From NCBI RefSeq assembly GCF_004010195.1, contig NC_057719.1:51379656-51443655 (forward strand): a DNA stretch of 64,000 bases. Direction: 5' to 3'. Both the position numbers and the translations under genes were made by a program. Source of the stretch: Chiloscyllium plagiosum (lineage: Eukaryota). Under the pieces are notes generated by a model. That model was not told where the DNA came from. It did no database searches and saw only the letters and a program-made list of their open reading frames with translations. Shown here piece after piece: positions 39,206 to 51,930 of the stretch; position 1 is the first letter of the stretch, and each line of letters opens with the position of its first letter.

Positions 39206-39870
39206 CAATTTTCAATAAGGGTAATGATATTTACACTGCCTAAACCTGTCGTTAACAATCTTTGCATCTTTGCTTGAATAAGTTGTGTTTGTGATAAAGT
39301 AGTTCTTGTTTTTTGGAAGAAATTTGGTTTATTTGTTTCAGATACTGAGCTAAATAGAGTTTGATATCTATGTAACTGGCAATATCACCAGTCTTCTTAA
39401 GCTCATACTTTGTTATAACTAGAGGAAGAGTGGGTCTGGGAAGACAATCAGTTCTCTCCCCGAATCTCAATTGTAACATCGACAAATGGCACCTTTTTGA
39501 GAATTACTTAATACCTGCTAAATGTGAGCAACTCCAAATTTGTTTATTAAAAAATCTTGCTCATAAATGTTCAAAGACCTTTGTACATTCCAACATATGT
39601 CAGTTAAACAGTGAAACCTTTTCAGTTGTGTGATCATAAATCCAGTTTACTGCTTTCATGTGAACTCTTTGTTGACTTTAGATTAACAGAGACTTTACCT
39701 TTCAGGATGGGCTAGAAACGAATAGTGTTGCAATGAAACAAATATTCAATACTTGACAAGGAACAGGTAAAGGAAATTTTATACATGCAAAACTTAAAAA
39801 TAAAAATACCATGCAACATGAGTAGTGGAAAGAATTATGAAAGTATTGAATTAATTCAGATCAACTCTAA

Positions 39871-40005
39871 AGTTCTGAAAAAAGGTCCCTGGACTCAAAA
39901 TGTTAACTCTGCTTTCTCTCCACAGATGCTGCAAGACCTGCCGAGTTTCTCCAACAATTTCTGTTTTGTTTCAGATTTCCAGCATCCATAGCTCTTTGTT
40001 TTATT
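39871..40005 (+). mobile_element. PLE family-C mini element starting with a degenerate hammerhead (39871-39908)
   Basis: AGTT-CTGAAAA...GGTCC-CT-GGACT-CAAAA-TGT-T-AACT, then the cacagatgctgc...ccagcatc tail. Confidence 0.6.
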
Positions 40006-40916
40006 CCAGAAATTAAATGTAGCAGCCTGGAATTTCCAATGGGCTGATAGCCTATTCTGCTACATAGATGGGGTTAATAAGACCAGGGGGCATCTCTAAT
40101 GCAGCAGATTCTGGGGGAATTGCCCAGGAAATTAAAGTCTCTAATGGGCAATTCCTCTATGCTTGAAACCATCCAAAAGGATCCAATTAAATCTGAAAAC
40201 TTGGAGGGTTCCACTGCCTTTGCTAATAACTATTATCATTGATAGTGTAAAACTGAACTGCCCCACAGTACTCACCAACCTCCACCCAACCAGATGGGCC
40301 CTAGACTCTTTACAGTCCCTATACTCTGACCTGATGGCCACCCTTCCTACTCTGTGACATGGCACCCCCTCCCTCAGTGCTGCCAGCTCCCTCTGTCCTC
40401 AAGTTTTGATATTAGCTCCAGTCCCCAGGACCTGACAAACCCCTCCCATAAGACCTAACTTTACTTTAGAAGTAGAGTTGAAGAGAGTGCGGATGAACTT
40501 TGATAGTCCCTGAAAATGGGCACAGAGATTGTGATGCTCTTTTAATCTCAGCCCTTTTGAATCAACACAGTTGGTATGCAGTGGCCATGACAATGGTTGT
40601 GTGGGACAAAAAAAAGAGAGCAACCAACATTACATTCTGGCTCACTGCCCAATCAGTCTTGCTGAAAATAATTTCCAGGAAAAAACAGTTCAGAACACAT
40701 TAGGTTAGTTGTTATGCCGCTTGATTCATTGTCAAATTTCCCACCAACGCTCACTGCCTGAGATTGGACATTATGAATGATTTATTAGGTAAGGTACTGA
40801 AAGGGCTTTTTGTACTTGTGAAACCATGTTGCAACTTAAGTCAGTACTTGCAGCAAAACAGAGAGAAAATGGGAATTGAACTGAAGATTATTATTATTAA
40901 ATCCATTATTTAAATT

Positions 40917-41014
40917 ATTTAAATCCATTTTCCAATTCTGACTCTTATTCTCTGTTATTATTATTAATAATAATAACAGAGAATAAGAGTCAGAATTGGA
41001 AAATGGATTTAAAT
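40917..41014. repeat. Perfect 98-bp palindrome (49-bp arms, no spacer)
   Basis: ATTTAAATCCATTTTCCAATTCTGACTCTTATTCTCTGTTATTATTATT followed directly by its exact reverse complement. Confidence 0.97.
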
Positions 41015-41083
41015 CGTGTAAGTTTGCTTCCTGTGTTAGGTGATCCCCAGCTTCAGAATTAATTCAATAAAAGTGAACCTTAC

Positions 41084-41204
41084 CTATTGTAGACACCACT
41101 GTAGCTGCAAAAAAGAAAGAGCTGCTAATATCCCAATTACTGTGGGAAGATTTGGAATCATTTCCAATAGGATTCACTCCATGCTTTATAGCTTCAGTTA
41201 TTGC
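41084..41204 (-). CDS. KCNK16: KCNK16-like coding exon 2 (cap end and pore helix 1)
   Basis: Acceptor tttcctacttctacag; reads AITEAIKHGVNPIGNDSKSSHSNWDISSSFFFAATVVSTI-G; donor G|GTAAGG; 121 nt. Not in the ORF track. Confidence 0.95.
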
Positions 41205-43791
41205 CTGTAGAAGTAGGAAATGGAAATTAATATTTCACCTTAATGCGGAAACACTTGGTTCTCACATTATAGTTATATTTTGAAACAAAGGTAGCATAAC
41301 TATTTTACTAAATGCAATTTATTTCTGAAAGTGGCAGTTTGGCTCAATATTCGTGCTTGATTATTTTCCAACATAATATATCAATTGTTTTTTAGCCTTT
41401 TTTCCTTTGAAGGAATCATCACTGGGTGGATAAAATAAATCTGGTACATGTCATGGACAAGGATTTTATAGGACACTTAGTATCTTATCTCACCACTCAG
41501 CTTGTTAGGAAATTGTAGGCAAATTGTTCAAGAGCAACGAGAATAGAAAGTTGCTGTACTGTAAACTGATGGATAAACTTTCACATTTAGGTAAAAATTA
41601 TTTCAAAATGGTGATAGTAAATGGCTAGGCTTTGGACTTAAAAAAAGGATAGCAGCTGATGCTCAGTGAAATAATCATGAAGATTATAGCTAACGGAGGG
41701 ATCTAGGAGTTCAAATACATAATCTCATGGAAGTATAAGCTAAAGTAGAAAAATAGTGTTAAAAACACTGAGAGAATTTTATGGTTATAAATAAAAACCA
41801 AAATATATAAGAGTAAACGTGTTATGTGAATCTGGATGAAAAATAAGTTGAGTCACTGTTAGAATACTGTGTGTTGTTTCGCTTCCTCCACCCAGTTATA
41901 ACATAGATCCACCTTAATGCTAGTGAAAATAAGAAACTGCAATTTCATTTAAAACAACTGATTATTTCTAATTCAGCACAGATACTTAAATGAACATTTA
42001 GTAGAATTGTGGATAAAAAGAGTAAGAAAATCCCATTTTTGCAATTTAAGTATACATTTAAGAGAATAAGGAGATAGGTTAGATAATTAATTTTAGAGGA
42101 TTGTTGAAGCACAGAATGTTTGCCATAGGGAGTGTTCGAAAAATTTTCTAAGGTAAACACATCCATTTGAAGTTGTGTGGAGAGGAGCAGGGCAATGGGA
42201 TTAGTTCTGAAGTAGAGTCATAGAGTTATACAGCATGGAAACAGACCCTTTGGTGCAACTCATCTGCACCGACCAGATATCCTAAACTGATGTAGTCCCA
42301 TTGTCAGCATTTGGCCCATATCTCTCTAAACCTTTCCTATTCAAGTACCCATCCAGATGACGTTTAAATGTTGTAACTGCATCCACTTCTACCACTTCCT
42401 CTGGCAGCTCGTTTCCATATATGCACCACCCTCTGTGTGTAGGACTTGCCTCTCAGGTCCCTATTAAATCTTTCCCCTCGCACCTTAAACCTTTGCTAAT
42501 TTTGAACTCTACTACCCTTGGGAAAAGGCCTTGGCTATTCACCTTATCCATGTCCCTCATGATTATATAAACCTTCATAAAGTCACCTTGCAGTCTCCAA
42601 CGGTCCAGGGAAATTATCCCCGAACTATTCCCCAGTGATCAAAAGTCTGTTAGTTTTAAAAGAGTAATGGAAAAGGATAGACTGGATCCAATTTAAAGTT
42701 CTAAATTGGAGGAAGGCCAATTTTGACAACATTAGACAAAAACTTTCAAAAGTTGATTGGGGGCGAATGTTCACACGGAAAGGAATGGGAGAAAGATGGG
42801 AAGCCTTCAAAGATGAGATATCAAGAGTCCAGAGACAGTATGTTTCTGTTAGGGTGAAAAACAAGGGTGGTATGTATAGGGAATGCTGGATGACTGAAGA
42901 AATTGAGATTCTGGTCAAGAAAAAGAAGGAAGCACATATCAGGTATAGACAGCAGTGTTCAAGTGAATTCCTAGAAGGCAATAGAAGTATACTTAAGCAG
43001 GAAATCAGGAGGGATAAAAGGGACATGAGATAGCTTTGGCAAATAGTATTAAGGAGAATCTATAGGGATTTGACAAATACATTTAGTACAGAATAACTAA
43101 GGACAGAATAGGGCCCCTTAAAGATCAGCAAGGTTGTGTGTGTGTGGAACTGCAGGAGATTGGGCAGATCATAAATGAGTATTTTGCATGAGTGTTTACT
43201 GTGGAGAAGGAGAAGGAAGGTTGAGAACTTGGGGAAATGAATATTGACAAATGAAAAATGTCCATATTATGTAGGAGGTGGTGCTGGACATTATATAACG
43301 CATAAAGGTGGATAAATCCCTGGAACCTGATCAGGTGTATGCCAGAATTTGAAATGCAACTCTTCCTTGAAAGAAGAGTTGCAGGAAGACAGAATAGTGA
43401 AGAAGGCACTTGGTATGTTTGCCTTTATTGATCAGTACATGGAGTATAAAACATAGAACATTGCAATGCAGTTCAGGCCCTTCAGCCTTCAATGTTGTGC
43501 CACCCTGTGAAGCTCATCTAACCCACACTATTCTATGATCATCCATATATTTATCCAATTACCATTTAAATGCCCTTAAAGTTGGCAAGTCTACTACTGT
43601 TGCAAGCAGTTCATTCTACGCCCCGACTACTCTGAGTAAAGAACCTATCTCTGACATCTGTCCTATATCTATCACCCCTCAATTTAAAGCTATGTCCCCT
43701 CGTGCTAACTATCACCATTCAAGGAAAAACATTTTCACTGTCCACCCTATCTAATCCTTTGATCATCTTGTGTGTCTCTATTAAGTCACCT

Positions 43792-44184
43792 TTGAAAGCA
43801 CATGGGATCAATGTGGATTTCCACCAGATTCCTCATTTCCACCCCCTCCACCTTATCCCAGTCCCAAGCCTCTTACCTGGCACCGCCCTCTTGACCTGTT
43901 CATCTTCCTTCTCATTTATCTGCTCCACTCTCCTCTCCAACCTATTACCTTCCCCCAACCTTCATCTACCTATCACATTCCCAGCTCCATTCTGCCCCCA
44001 ACCCCCAGCTCCATCCCCTCTCACTTATCTCTGAGGCCCCCTGACCCACAAGCCTTATTCTTGATGAAGGGTTTTATGCCCAAAACGTTGATTGTCCTGA
44101 TCCTTGGATACTGCCTGATCTGCTGTGTTTTTGCAGCACCACTCTCGACTCTGATCTCAAGCATCTGCAGTCCTCACTTTCTTG
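43792..44184 (+). mobile_element. PLE 3' fragment with a degenerate family-A hammerhead (44057-44093), inserted in CR1
   Basis: Pyrimidine-rich pLTR and tail like 60001-60290; imperfect TSD ATTAAGTCACCT / ATTAAGTCGTCT. Confidence 0.75.
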
Positions 44185-44289
44185 ATTAAGTCGTCTCTCA
44201 ACCTTCTTCTCTCTAATGAAACCAGCCTCAAGTCCCTCAGCCTTTCCTCATAAGACCTTCCCTCATACCAGGCAACATCAGGGTAAATG

Positions 44290-44580
44290 GGGCAGCATGG
44301 TGGCTCAGTGGTTATCACTGACACCTCACAGCACCAGGGACCCGAGTTCAATTCTGGCTGCTGCGACTGTCTGAGTGGAGTTCTCCCCGTGTCTGTTTGG
44401 GCTTCCTCTGGATAGTCCAGTTTCATCCCACAATCCAAAGATGTGTAGGTTAGGTGAATTGCCCATAGTGTTAGGTGCATTAGTTAGGGGAAGTGGGTCT
44501 GGCTGGGTTACTGTTCGGAGGGTCGGTGTGGTTTTGTTGACTGAAGGGCGTGTTTTCACACTGTAGGGAATCTAATCTAA
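44290..44580 (+). mobile_element. HE1-type SINE
   Basis: gggcagcatggtggctcagtgg head; aatctaatcta tail. Confidence 0.9.
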
Positions 44581-44956
44581 ATATCCTCTGCACCCTTTCC
44601 AATACTTCCACATCCTCCCTATAATGCAGCAACCAGAACTGTATGCAATACTCCAAGTGCGACCACACCAGAATTTTTTTACAGCTGCAACATGACCCCT
44701 TGGCTCTGAAACTAATCCCTCTCCCAATAGAAGCTAACACACTGTATGCTTTCTTAACAACCCTATCAACCTAGGTAGCAACTTTCAGGGATCTATGTAC
44801 ATGGACACTGAGATCTCTCTGCTCAACCACAATACCAAGAATCTTAACATTAGCCCAGCACTCTGCATTCCTGTTGCTCCTTCCAAAATGAATCAACTCA
44901 CACTTTTCTGTATTTAACACCATTTGCCACCTCTTAGCCCAGCTCTGCAGATTATC

Positions 44957-44992
44957 ATTCCTGAAGAAGGGCTAATGCCCGAAACGTCGATT
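44957..44992 (+). ncRNA. Minimal hammerhead ribozyme, family A, intact core; heads a 95-bp insertion (44957-45051)
   Basis: ATTC-CTGAAGA-A-GGGC-TAAT-GCCC-GAAA-CGT-C-GATT; TSD CAGATTATC at 44948-44956 and 45052-45060. Confidence 0.82.
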
Positions 44993-45452
44993 CTCCTGTT
45001 CCCTAGATGCTGCCTGACCTGCTGCGCTTCTCCAGCAACACATTTCCATCCCAGATTATCTATATCCCTCTGTAACCTGCAACATCCTTCTATACTGTCC
45101 ATACCTCCACCAACTTACTGTCATCCGCAAATTTACTAACCCATCCTTCTACGCCCTCATCCAGGTCGTTTATAAAAATGACAAACAGCAGTGGCCCCAA
45201 AACAGATCCTTGCGGTACATCACTCGTAACTGAACTCCAGGATGAAAATTTCCCATCAACCACCACCCTATGTCTTCTTACAACCAGCCAATTTTCGATC
45301 CAAACCACTAAATCACCCTCAATCCATGCCTCTGTATTTTCTGCAGTAGCCTACTTTGGGGAGTCTTATCAAACGCTAAACTGAAATCCATATACACCAC
45401 ATCAAATGCATTATCCTGATTCACCTGTTTAGTCACCTTCTCAAAGAGCTTA

Positions 45453-45600
45453 CAGGTTAGGTGAATTGGCCATGCTAAATTGCCCGTAGTGTTAGGTGTA
45501 GGGGAATGGGTCTGGGTGGGCTGCGCTTCGGCGGGTCGGTGTGGACTTGTTGGGCCGAAGGGCCTGTTTCCACACTGTAAGTAATCTAACCTAATCTAAT
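45453..45600 (+). mobile_element. 5'-truncated HE1-type SINE
   Basis: 3' half of the family with an aatcta tail. Confidence 0.85.
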
Positions 45601-48438
45601 CAAATAACCTACCTTTCACAGAGCTGTGCCAACTATCTTGAATCAACTTATTCCTTTCTAGATGATTATAACTCCTATCTCTTATAGTCCTTTCCAGAAC
45701 TTTACCCACAACCAAAGTAAGGCTCACTGGCCTATAATTACCAGGGTTGTCTCTACTCCCCTTCTTGAACAAGGGGACAAAATTTGCTATCCTCCTGTCT
45801 TCTGGCACTATTCTTGTAGACAATGACAACATAAAGATCAAAGCCAAAGGCTCTGCAATCTCCATCCTAACTTCCCAGAGAATCCTAGAATAAATCCCAT
45901 ACGGCCCACAGGAATTTTCTATCTTCTCACTTACTAGAATTGCTAACATCTCCTCCTTATGAACTTCAATCCCGTCTAGTATAATAGCCTGTATTCCCCT
46001 CGACCACATTGTCTTTTTCCTATGTGAATATTGACGAAAAATATTCAAATAGCACCTTTCCTATCTCCTTGTACTCCATGCACAACTTCCCACTACTGTT
46101 CTTGACTGGCCCTTACTCTAGTCATTCTTTTATTCCTGACATACTGATAGAAAGCTTTAGGGTTTTCCTATATCCTACTTTCCAAAGACTTCTCATGTCT
46201 CCTCCTGGCTCTTCTAAGCTCTCTCTTTAGGTCCTTCCTGGCTAACTTGTAACTCTCATGAGCCCTAAGTGAGCCTTCACATCTCATCTTTACATAAGTC
46301 TCCTTCTTCCTCTTGACAAGAGATTCAACTTCATTAGTAAACCACGGTTCCCTCACTCGACCGCTTTCTCCCTGCCTGACAGGAACATACTCGTCAAGGA
46401 TAAGCAGTAGCTGTTCTTTGAACAAGCTCCACATTTCAATTGTGTCCATCCCTGCAGTTTCCTTCCCTATCCTATGCATCCTAAATCTTGCCTAATTGCA
46501 TCATAATTGTCTTTTCCCCCAGCTATAACTCTTGCCCTGTGGTATATAACTATCCCTTTCCATCGCTAAAGTAAACATAACCGTACTGTGGTCACTATCA
46601 CCAAAGTGCTCACCTACCTTCACTTTTAATACCTGGCCTGGTTCATTACCCAGTATGGGAATTAGGAGGTCATACTGGTTAGGCCACTTTTGGAAAACTT
46701 TTGGAATTCTAGTCTCCCTGCTATCAGAAGGATGTTGTGAAACTTGAACTGGTTCAGAAAAGATTTACAAAAATGTTGCCATGGTTGGAGGGTTTGAGCT
46801 ATTGGGAGAGGCTGAATAAGCCGGGGCTATTTTCCCTGGAGTGTTGGAGGCGGAGGGGTGACCTTATAGAGGTTTATAAAATCATGAGGGGCATGGATAG
46901 GGTAAATAGCCAAGGTCTTTTTCCCAGGGTAAGGGAGTCCAAAACTAGAGGGTATAGGTTTGAGGTGAGAAGGGAAAGATTTAAAAGGGACCTGAAGGGC
47001 AACGTTTTCACACAGAGGGTGGTGCGTGAATGGAATGAACTGCCAGAGGAAGTGGTGGAGGCTGGTGGAATAACAATATTTAAAAAGCATCTGGATGGGT
47101 ATATGAATAGGAAGGGTTTAGAGGGATATGGGCCAACTTTGGCAAATAGGACTAGATTAATTTAGGATATCTGGTCAGCATGGATGAGTTGGACCGAAGG
47201 GTCTGTTTCCATGATGTACAGCTCCATGACTCTATTCAGCCTCTCCCTCTCGTTGAAAGCCTCCAAACCCAGTAATATCCTCGTAAGTCTTTTCTGAACC
47301 CTTTCAAGTTTAACAGCATCTTTACTATAGCAGGGAGACCAGAATTGAAAGCAGTGTTCCAAAACTGGTCTCATCAATGTCCTGTATAGCCGCTACATGA
47401 GCCCCAATTCCTATACTCAATGCACTAAGCAATGAATGCAAATGTGCCAAATGCCTTCTTCACCACTCTATCTACCTGTGACTCCACTTACAAGGAACTT
47501 TACCTCCACTCTAAGATCTTTTCGTTTGGCAACACTCCACAGGGCCCTACCATTAACTGTGTAAGTCCGGCCCTGGTTTGCCTTAGCAAAATGCAGCACC
47601 TCACATTTATCTAAATTAAACTCCACCTGCCACACCTTGGCCCATTGGCCCAACTGATTAAGGTCACATTGTACTGAGAGGTAACGTTCTTCACTGTCCA
47701 CTGCACTATTAATTTTGGTATGTTGTATCAAAACTCAGAAGATAAAATGACAAGCTGAATTTTCTTCATTTCCACTGTAAACATTACAATTCAAGAGCAT
47801 ATTGATGTAGTCAAAAACATATTTATGCACAGGGAGGGGAAAGGGTTCCATTTGCTATTAATTGCTAATATCTAGCAAAACTTCTGTGTCCTTCACAGAG
47901 GAAAAGAAATGGCATATTGGACATTATACAGGAGCAGGGAGAATAGTTTGAACAAGTAACTGAAGGCGATCAAGTATCTGAACTTTGAGATAGCATTGAA
48001 GATAAACAGTATCAATATGAAGATCAGGCAATAATTCCAGAGTGTAGAAATCTTCACCACCACTTATTTTCTTGAAACTTGCATGTGTCAGATCCATTAT
48101 CATGTACACCCAGTGATTCCCGAGTTGATGGTTACCAGCAACCTCTCACCACTGCTGAAATGCTCACTAGCATCACAGCAAACTGCCTCTTACTTTATTT
48201 CATCATCTCCAAATAGAAAAAAAGATGTCGGGAACAGGATTGCGAGTGGGATGGGGTTTGGCAAGAAATCAAGGGGTTGCTCTTAGAAGCTTCCCTCCCC
48301 TCATTTTCTCAATACTAAGTACCTTTGAAAGTGGAACTTCCCCCACCCTACACTCCACCGTCAGCAGCTTGCAAAATGAACACAAAAGGGTTTGCTTGCT
48401 GTGGGCTCGCTGCATGGCCAGCCCTCAGTTTACCAATG

Positions 48439-48746
48439 GATTAGATTACTTACAGTGTGAAAACAGGCCCTTCGGCCCAACAAGTCCACACCGACCCGCC
48501 GAAGTGCAACCCACCCCCCTATATTTACCCCTTCACCTAACACTACAAGCAATTTAGCATGGCCAATTCACCTAACCTGCACATTTTTTGGATTGTGGGA
48601 GGAAACCAGAGCACCTGGAGGAAACCCATGCAGACACGGGGACAATGTGCAAACTCCACACAGAGAATCGCCTGAGGCGGGAATTGAACCCGGGTCTCTG
48701 GCGCTGTGGGGCAGCAGTGCTAACCACTGTGCCACCGTGCTGCCCA
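48439..48746 (-). mobile_element. HE1-type SINE
   Basis: Family match. Confidence 0.9.
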
Positions 48747-49374
48747 CATTAATGGAAGAAATGGTGATTGAGGCCCTAAAGTGGACATCTGTCATTTAAG
48801 AGCTTTAATTAATATTGTACAGGAGGGACATCCACAGGCCTTTCCATCGCAGAGTTAATCAGGTTGGATTAGTATGGTGACGCAGACCCACTCACCATCC
48901 TCTTGATGAATTGAATAGTTCCTATCACCAAGCATGCCATGGGGAAGAGCACAGCATTCTGCCCATAATTTCACTATATTGTCGTAATTCAACACTGATT
49001 CAGCAGGTCAAGTGGCATCTGTGAAATGTTCAGACATTGAGTCCTTAGTTCTGTTTAACTTCTGTCTTTTTTCTGTCCATGCTGGTTGATCGAATGAGTG
49101 AACCCAGCTTTCTCAGTATTGTTTTCATCCCAACATTTATCCAACTCTGAATATAGCCAGTGAGTATAATAGCAGACTGTAACCTATTTCAGCTATTTTA
49201 AATCATCAGAATGAAAACTAAATTACTGCAGGCAAGCCACTGTTTCATTATAGTTTACTACATTATCTACTCCACCTGAAATGCTGATGCACCATGGCAC
49301 AAATGGATTGATCAATGTAGGTTCTTATGTGTGGGTCAATTTAGAGATGTTTTAACATAATTTTCATTGAGATA

Positions 49375-49649
49375 TTATAGAATAGAACCCCTACAGTGTA
49401 GAAGCAGATTATTTGGCCCATCGAGTCCATACAACTCTCCGAATAGCTAGCCTGCACATCTCTGGATATTATGGGCAATTTAACATGGCCAAGCCACCTA
49501 TTTGCACATATATGAACTATGTGAGGAAACCCACACAGACACAGGGAGAATGTGCAAACTCCATACACAGTTGGCTTAGCATGGAATTGAATTCAGGTTC
49601 CTGGCGCTGTGAGGTAGCAGTACTAACCACTAAGCTACTGTGCTGCCCC
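49375..49649 (-). mobile_element. Diverged HE1-type SINE
   Basis: Family match with more substitutions. Confidence 0.8.
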
Positions 49650-50789
49650 AACTATTATTTTGCATCTGTCCAATGTTATTTGTCCATGCAAGACACAGAT
49701 ACATCTTCTGTACCTCAGATCAGTGAAACGTAATTGGTATGCAACCATTACATTCCTATCAGTTGCTTCTGGTTATAACTATAATGCAATCAATGAATGG
49801 TACAACCAGATTTGGCAATTTCCATTCAATGAGTCTCACTAGGATTTAATTTCTTAGATGATCAGTAACTTAGTGTATTAACTTTTAGTTAAAAAATGAA
49901 AATAAGAAGTAAAATTACCCGGGATGCAATGACCCTATAAAAACAAATGGCTAAATTCTCATTTATCTAGTGTTATTCAGGCACTGAATAAGTACAACTG
50001 ATATAACTCAACTGATACTTAGACCCTCTGATTATACAATCAGCAGGAGTGCACTGGCACAAGTGAACATTCATAAAAGAATCAAGAGCCCATCCGGCTC
50101 ACAATCCTCAGATCCACACACAGTATCTACACAGATAAATCTTCCTCCAGTCTTTGACAGCTACTTTGTGTCTTTGACAGCTTGAATTGTTAGTATTTAC
50201 TGAGTAACTGACTGTCTATTTTTCAATTAAGCAGAGAATACATTTAATTATCAAATTTAAATGTGATTCAAATGGGGTATTGGACCAATGCCACGGAACA
50301 ATCACAATATGGACAATGAATAACAGAAACAGAAGTGTATTGAAGTGAAGTTTATATAATGCTTTAATATTCGACAATATCATTACATACTGTTAACCGA
50401 CAAATTGCTTTGGGGGGTTGTGCATCTGGACATTCCTCATTCTAATCATTGTTTTCTATCAGAGTGAGCTGTTAACATTGGCAAAATGTCAGGATCAAAA
50501 GAGTAGATCAAAGCAACTTACCACCCAGTACTGGTGCATTGGAGGGCAGGTTGGGAATAAATTATGGTCTGAACTAAACATGGGGAGAAGACTTGGTGGT
50601 TACGGGGTGAGGTGTTTTGAACGGTGCAGGTGCCTTGGATCTCCTGAACGCATTCTGACCTTACCTGGTGGTGATATAGATATTGTGACAATGTGGACAC
50701 GGCTGCCACACTCTGCAAATATTCCAACTGCAGGAGCGGCGTTACCACAGGACCTCAGCTGAGCACAAGAACGTTCTGTCGAGATAGTT

Positions 50790-51295
50790 TGAATAAATGT
50801 TTGATTAGAGCAGTATTGGGAAGATGTGGTGGTTTTGGAGGGGCTCCAAAGGAGTTTTAGAAGAATGATCCTGGGATGAAGGGCTTGTCATGAGGAATGC
50901 CTGAGAACTTTGCATCTGTACTTGATGGAGTTTAGAAACAGGAGGGAGAACTTACAGAATACTGAAGGGCCAGGGTAGAGTGGATATGGAGAAGATGTTT
51001 CCACTAGTAGGAAAGACTAGCATCCAAGGGCACAATCTCAGGGCGAAGGGATAAGCCTTCAGAATTCATTGAAAGAGGAATTTATTCAGCCAGGGTGTGG
51101 TGAATCTGTGGAACAAATTGCCGCAGCTGTTTGTGGAGGCCAAGTCACTGAGTGTATGTCAGGCAGAGAAAGACAGGTCCTTGATTAGTAAGGGGATCAA
51201 GGGTTAGGGGAGAAAGTGGGAGAATGGGGTTGAGAAACTTGGCAGCGTGATGGGCAGAATGGCCCAATTGTGCTCCGATATCTTATGGTCTTATG
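50790..51295 (+). mobile_element. CR1 3' end
   Basis: gtggtgaatctgtggaa motif and tcttatggtcttatg tail. Confidence 0.8.
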
Positions 51296-51618
51296 CTGAC
51301 GGTAAAACATCTGCAAAGAATGATAAAGATCACACATCCCTTAAACAGAGTGACCTGGGTTTAATTTTAAGAATAAAGTGTATCAAGACGCACAGCATGT
51401 TGAATTGAAACAAGTTGAATAAATACCTTATTTACACTAAGTCAATCCAATTTTCCATTAGTGCGCTGCTACTCTTTTACTGAAGCGAAAACAGAAGTAT
51501 GTATTTTATGCTTCCACAGTTTAAAATCTAACAGCGATACTGCTCGTCTTCAGATGTGAAATGCAACGAAACTTTTGAACAACCCCATTTCGCTTTAGAG
51601 ACAGCAGACAACATTTAC

Positions 51619-51822
51619 CTCCATGAAAGTCTCCAGTACTTCATGAGAAAGGCAGCTGCAGTTCTTCAGGAATTCCAGTTTCTCTTTCCAGATCTTGGTT
51701 TTGAGTTTGTTTTCTTCCTTCAACTCCAGCGTCCGGAAGATTACAGCTCCGATCAGGAGGTACACGAAATAGCCCAGGAAAAGCAGCGCACACCTCCGGG
51801 AGCATCTGTTGCTGTCAGCCAT
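51619..51822 (-). CDS. KCNK16: K2P potassium channel (KCNK16/TALK-1-like), coding exon 1 (M1 helix and cap domain)
   Basis: ATG at 51822 in strong context (GGCGGCATGG). Translates MADSNRCSRRCALLFLGYFVYLLIGAVIFRTLE...EKLEFLKNCSCLSHEVLETFME, matching the K2P M1 motif YLLxGAxIF and the cap Cys. Donor GAG|GTAAAT, phase 0. The symbol is the best match from memory of human TALK-1; orthology versus a TALK paralogue is untested. Confidence 0.9.
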
Positions 51823-51930
51823 GCCGCCGGTTCTCTGGGAGACAGCCCGCAGCAATAAACACTGGGCACTCCCCGTACAATGGGCGATAAAGGGGCACTG
51901 CTCACTGCTTACACGGACTGCGGAGGAGCT
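51720..51930 (-). promoter_or_regulatory. Local CpG-retaining region around the start codon and 5' UTR (promoter-proximal)
   Basis: About a dozen CpGs in ~200 bp of otherwise CpG-depleted non-repeat DNA, centred on the ATG. Confidence 0.4.

Larger units (their letters stand above)
42213..47725. mobile_element. Nested CR1 LINE cluster in intron 1 (alternating orientations)
   Basis: 42213-42625 (-), 42625-43450 (+), 43450-46660 (-; [27 protein letters not shown]), 46660-47235 (+), 47236-47725 (-). Confidence 0.9.
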
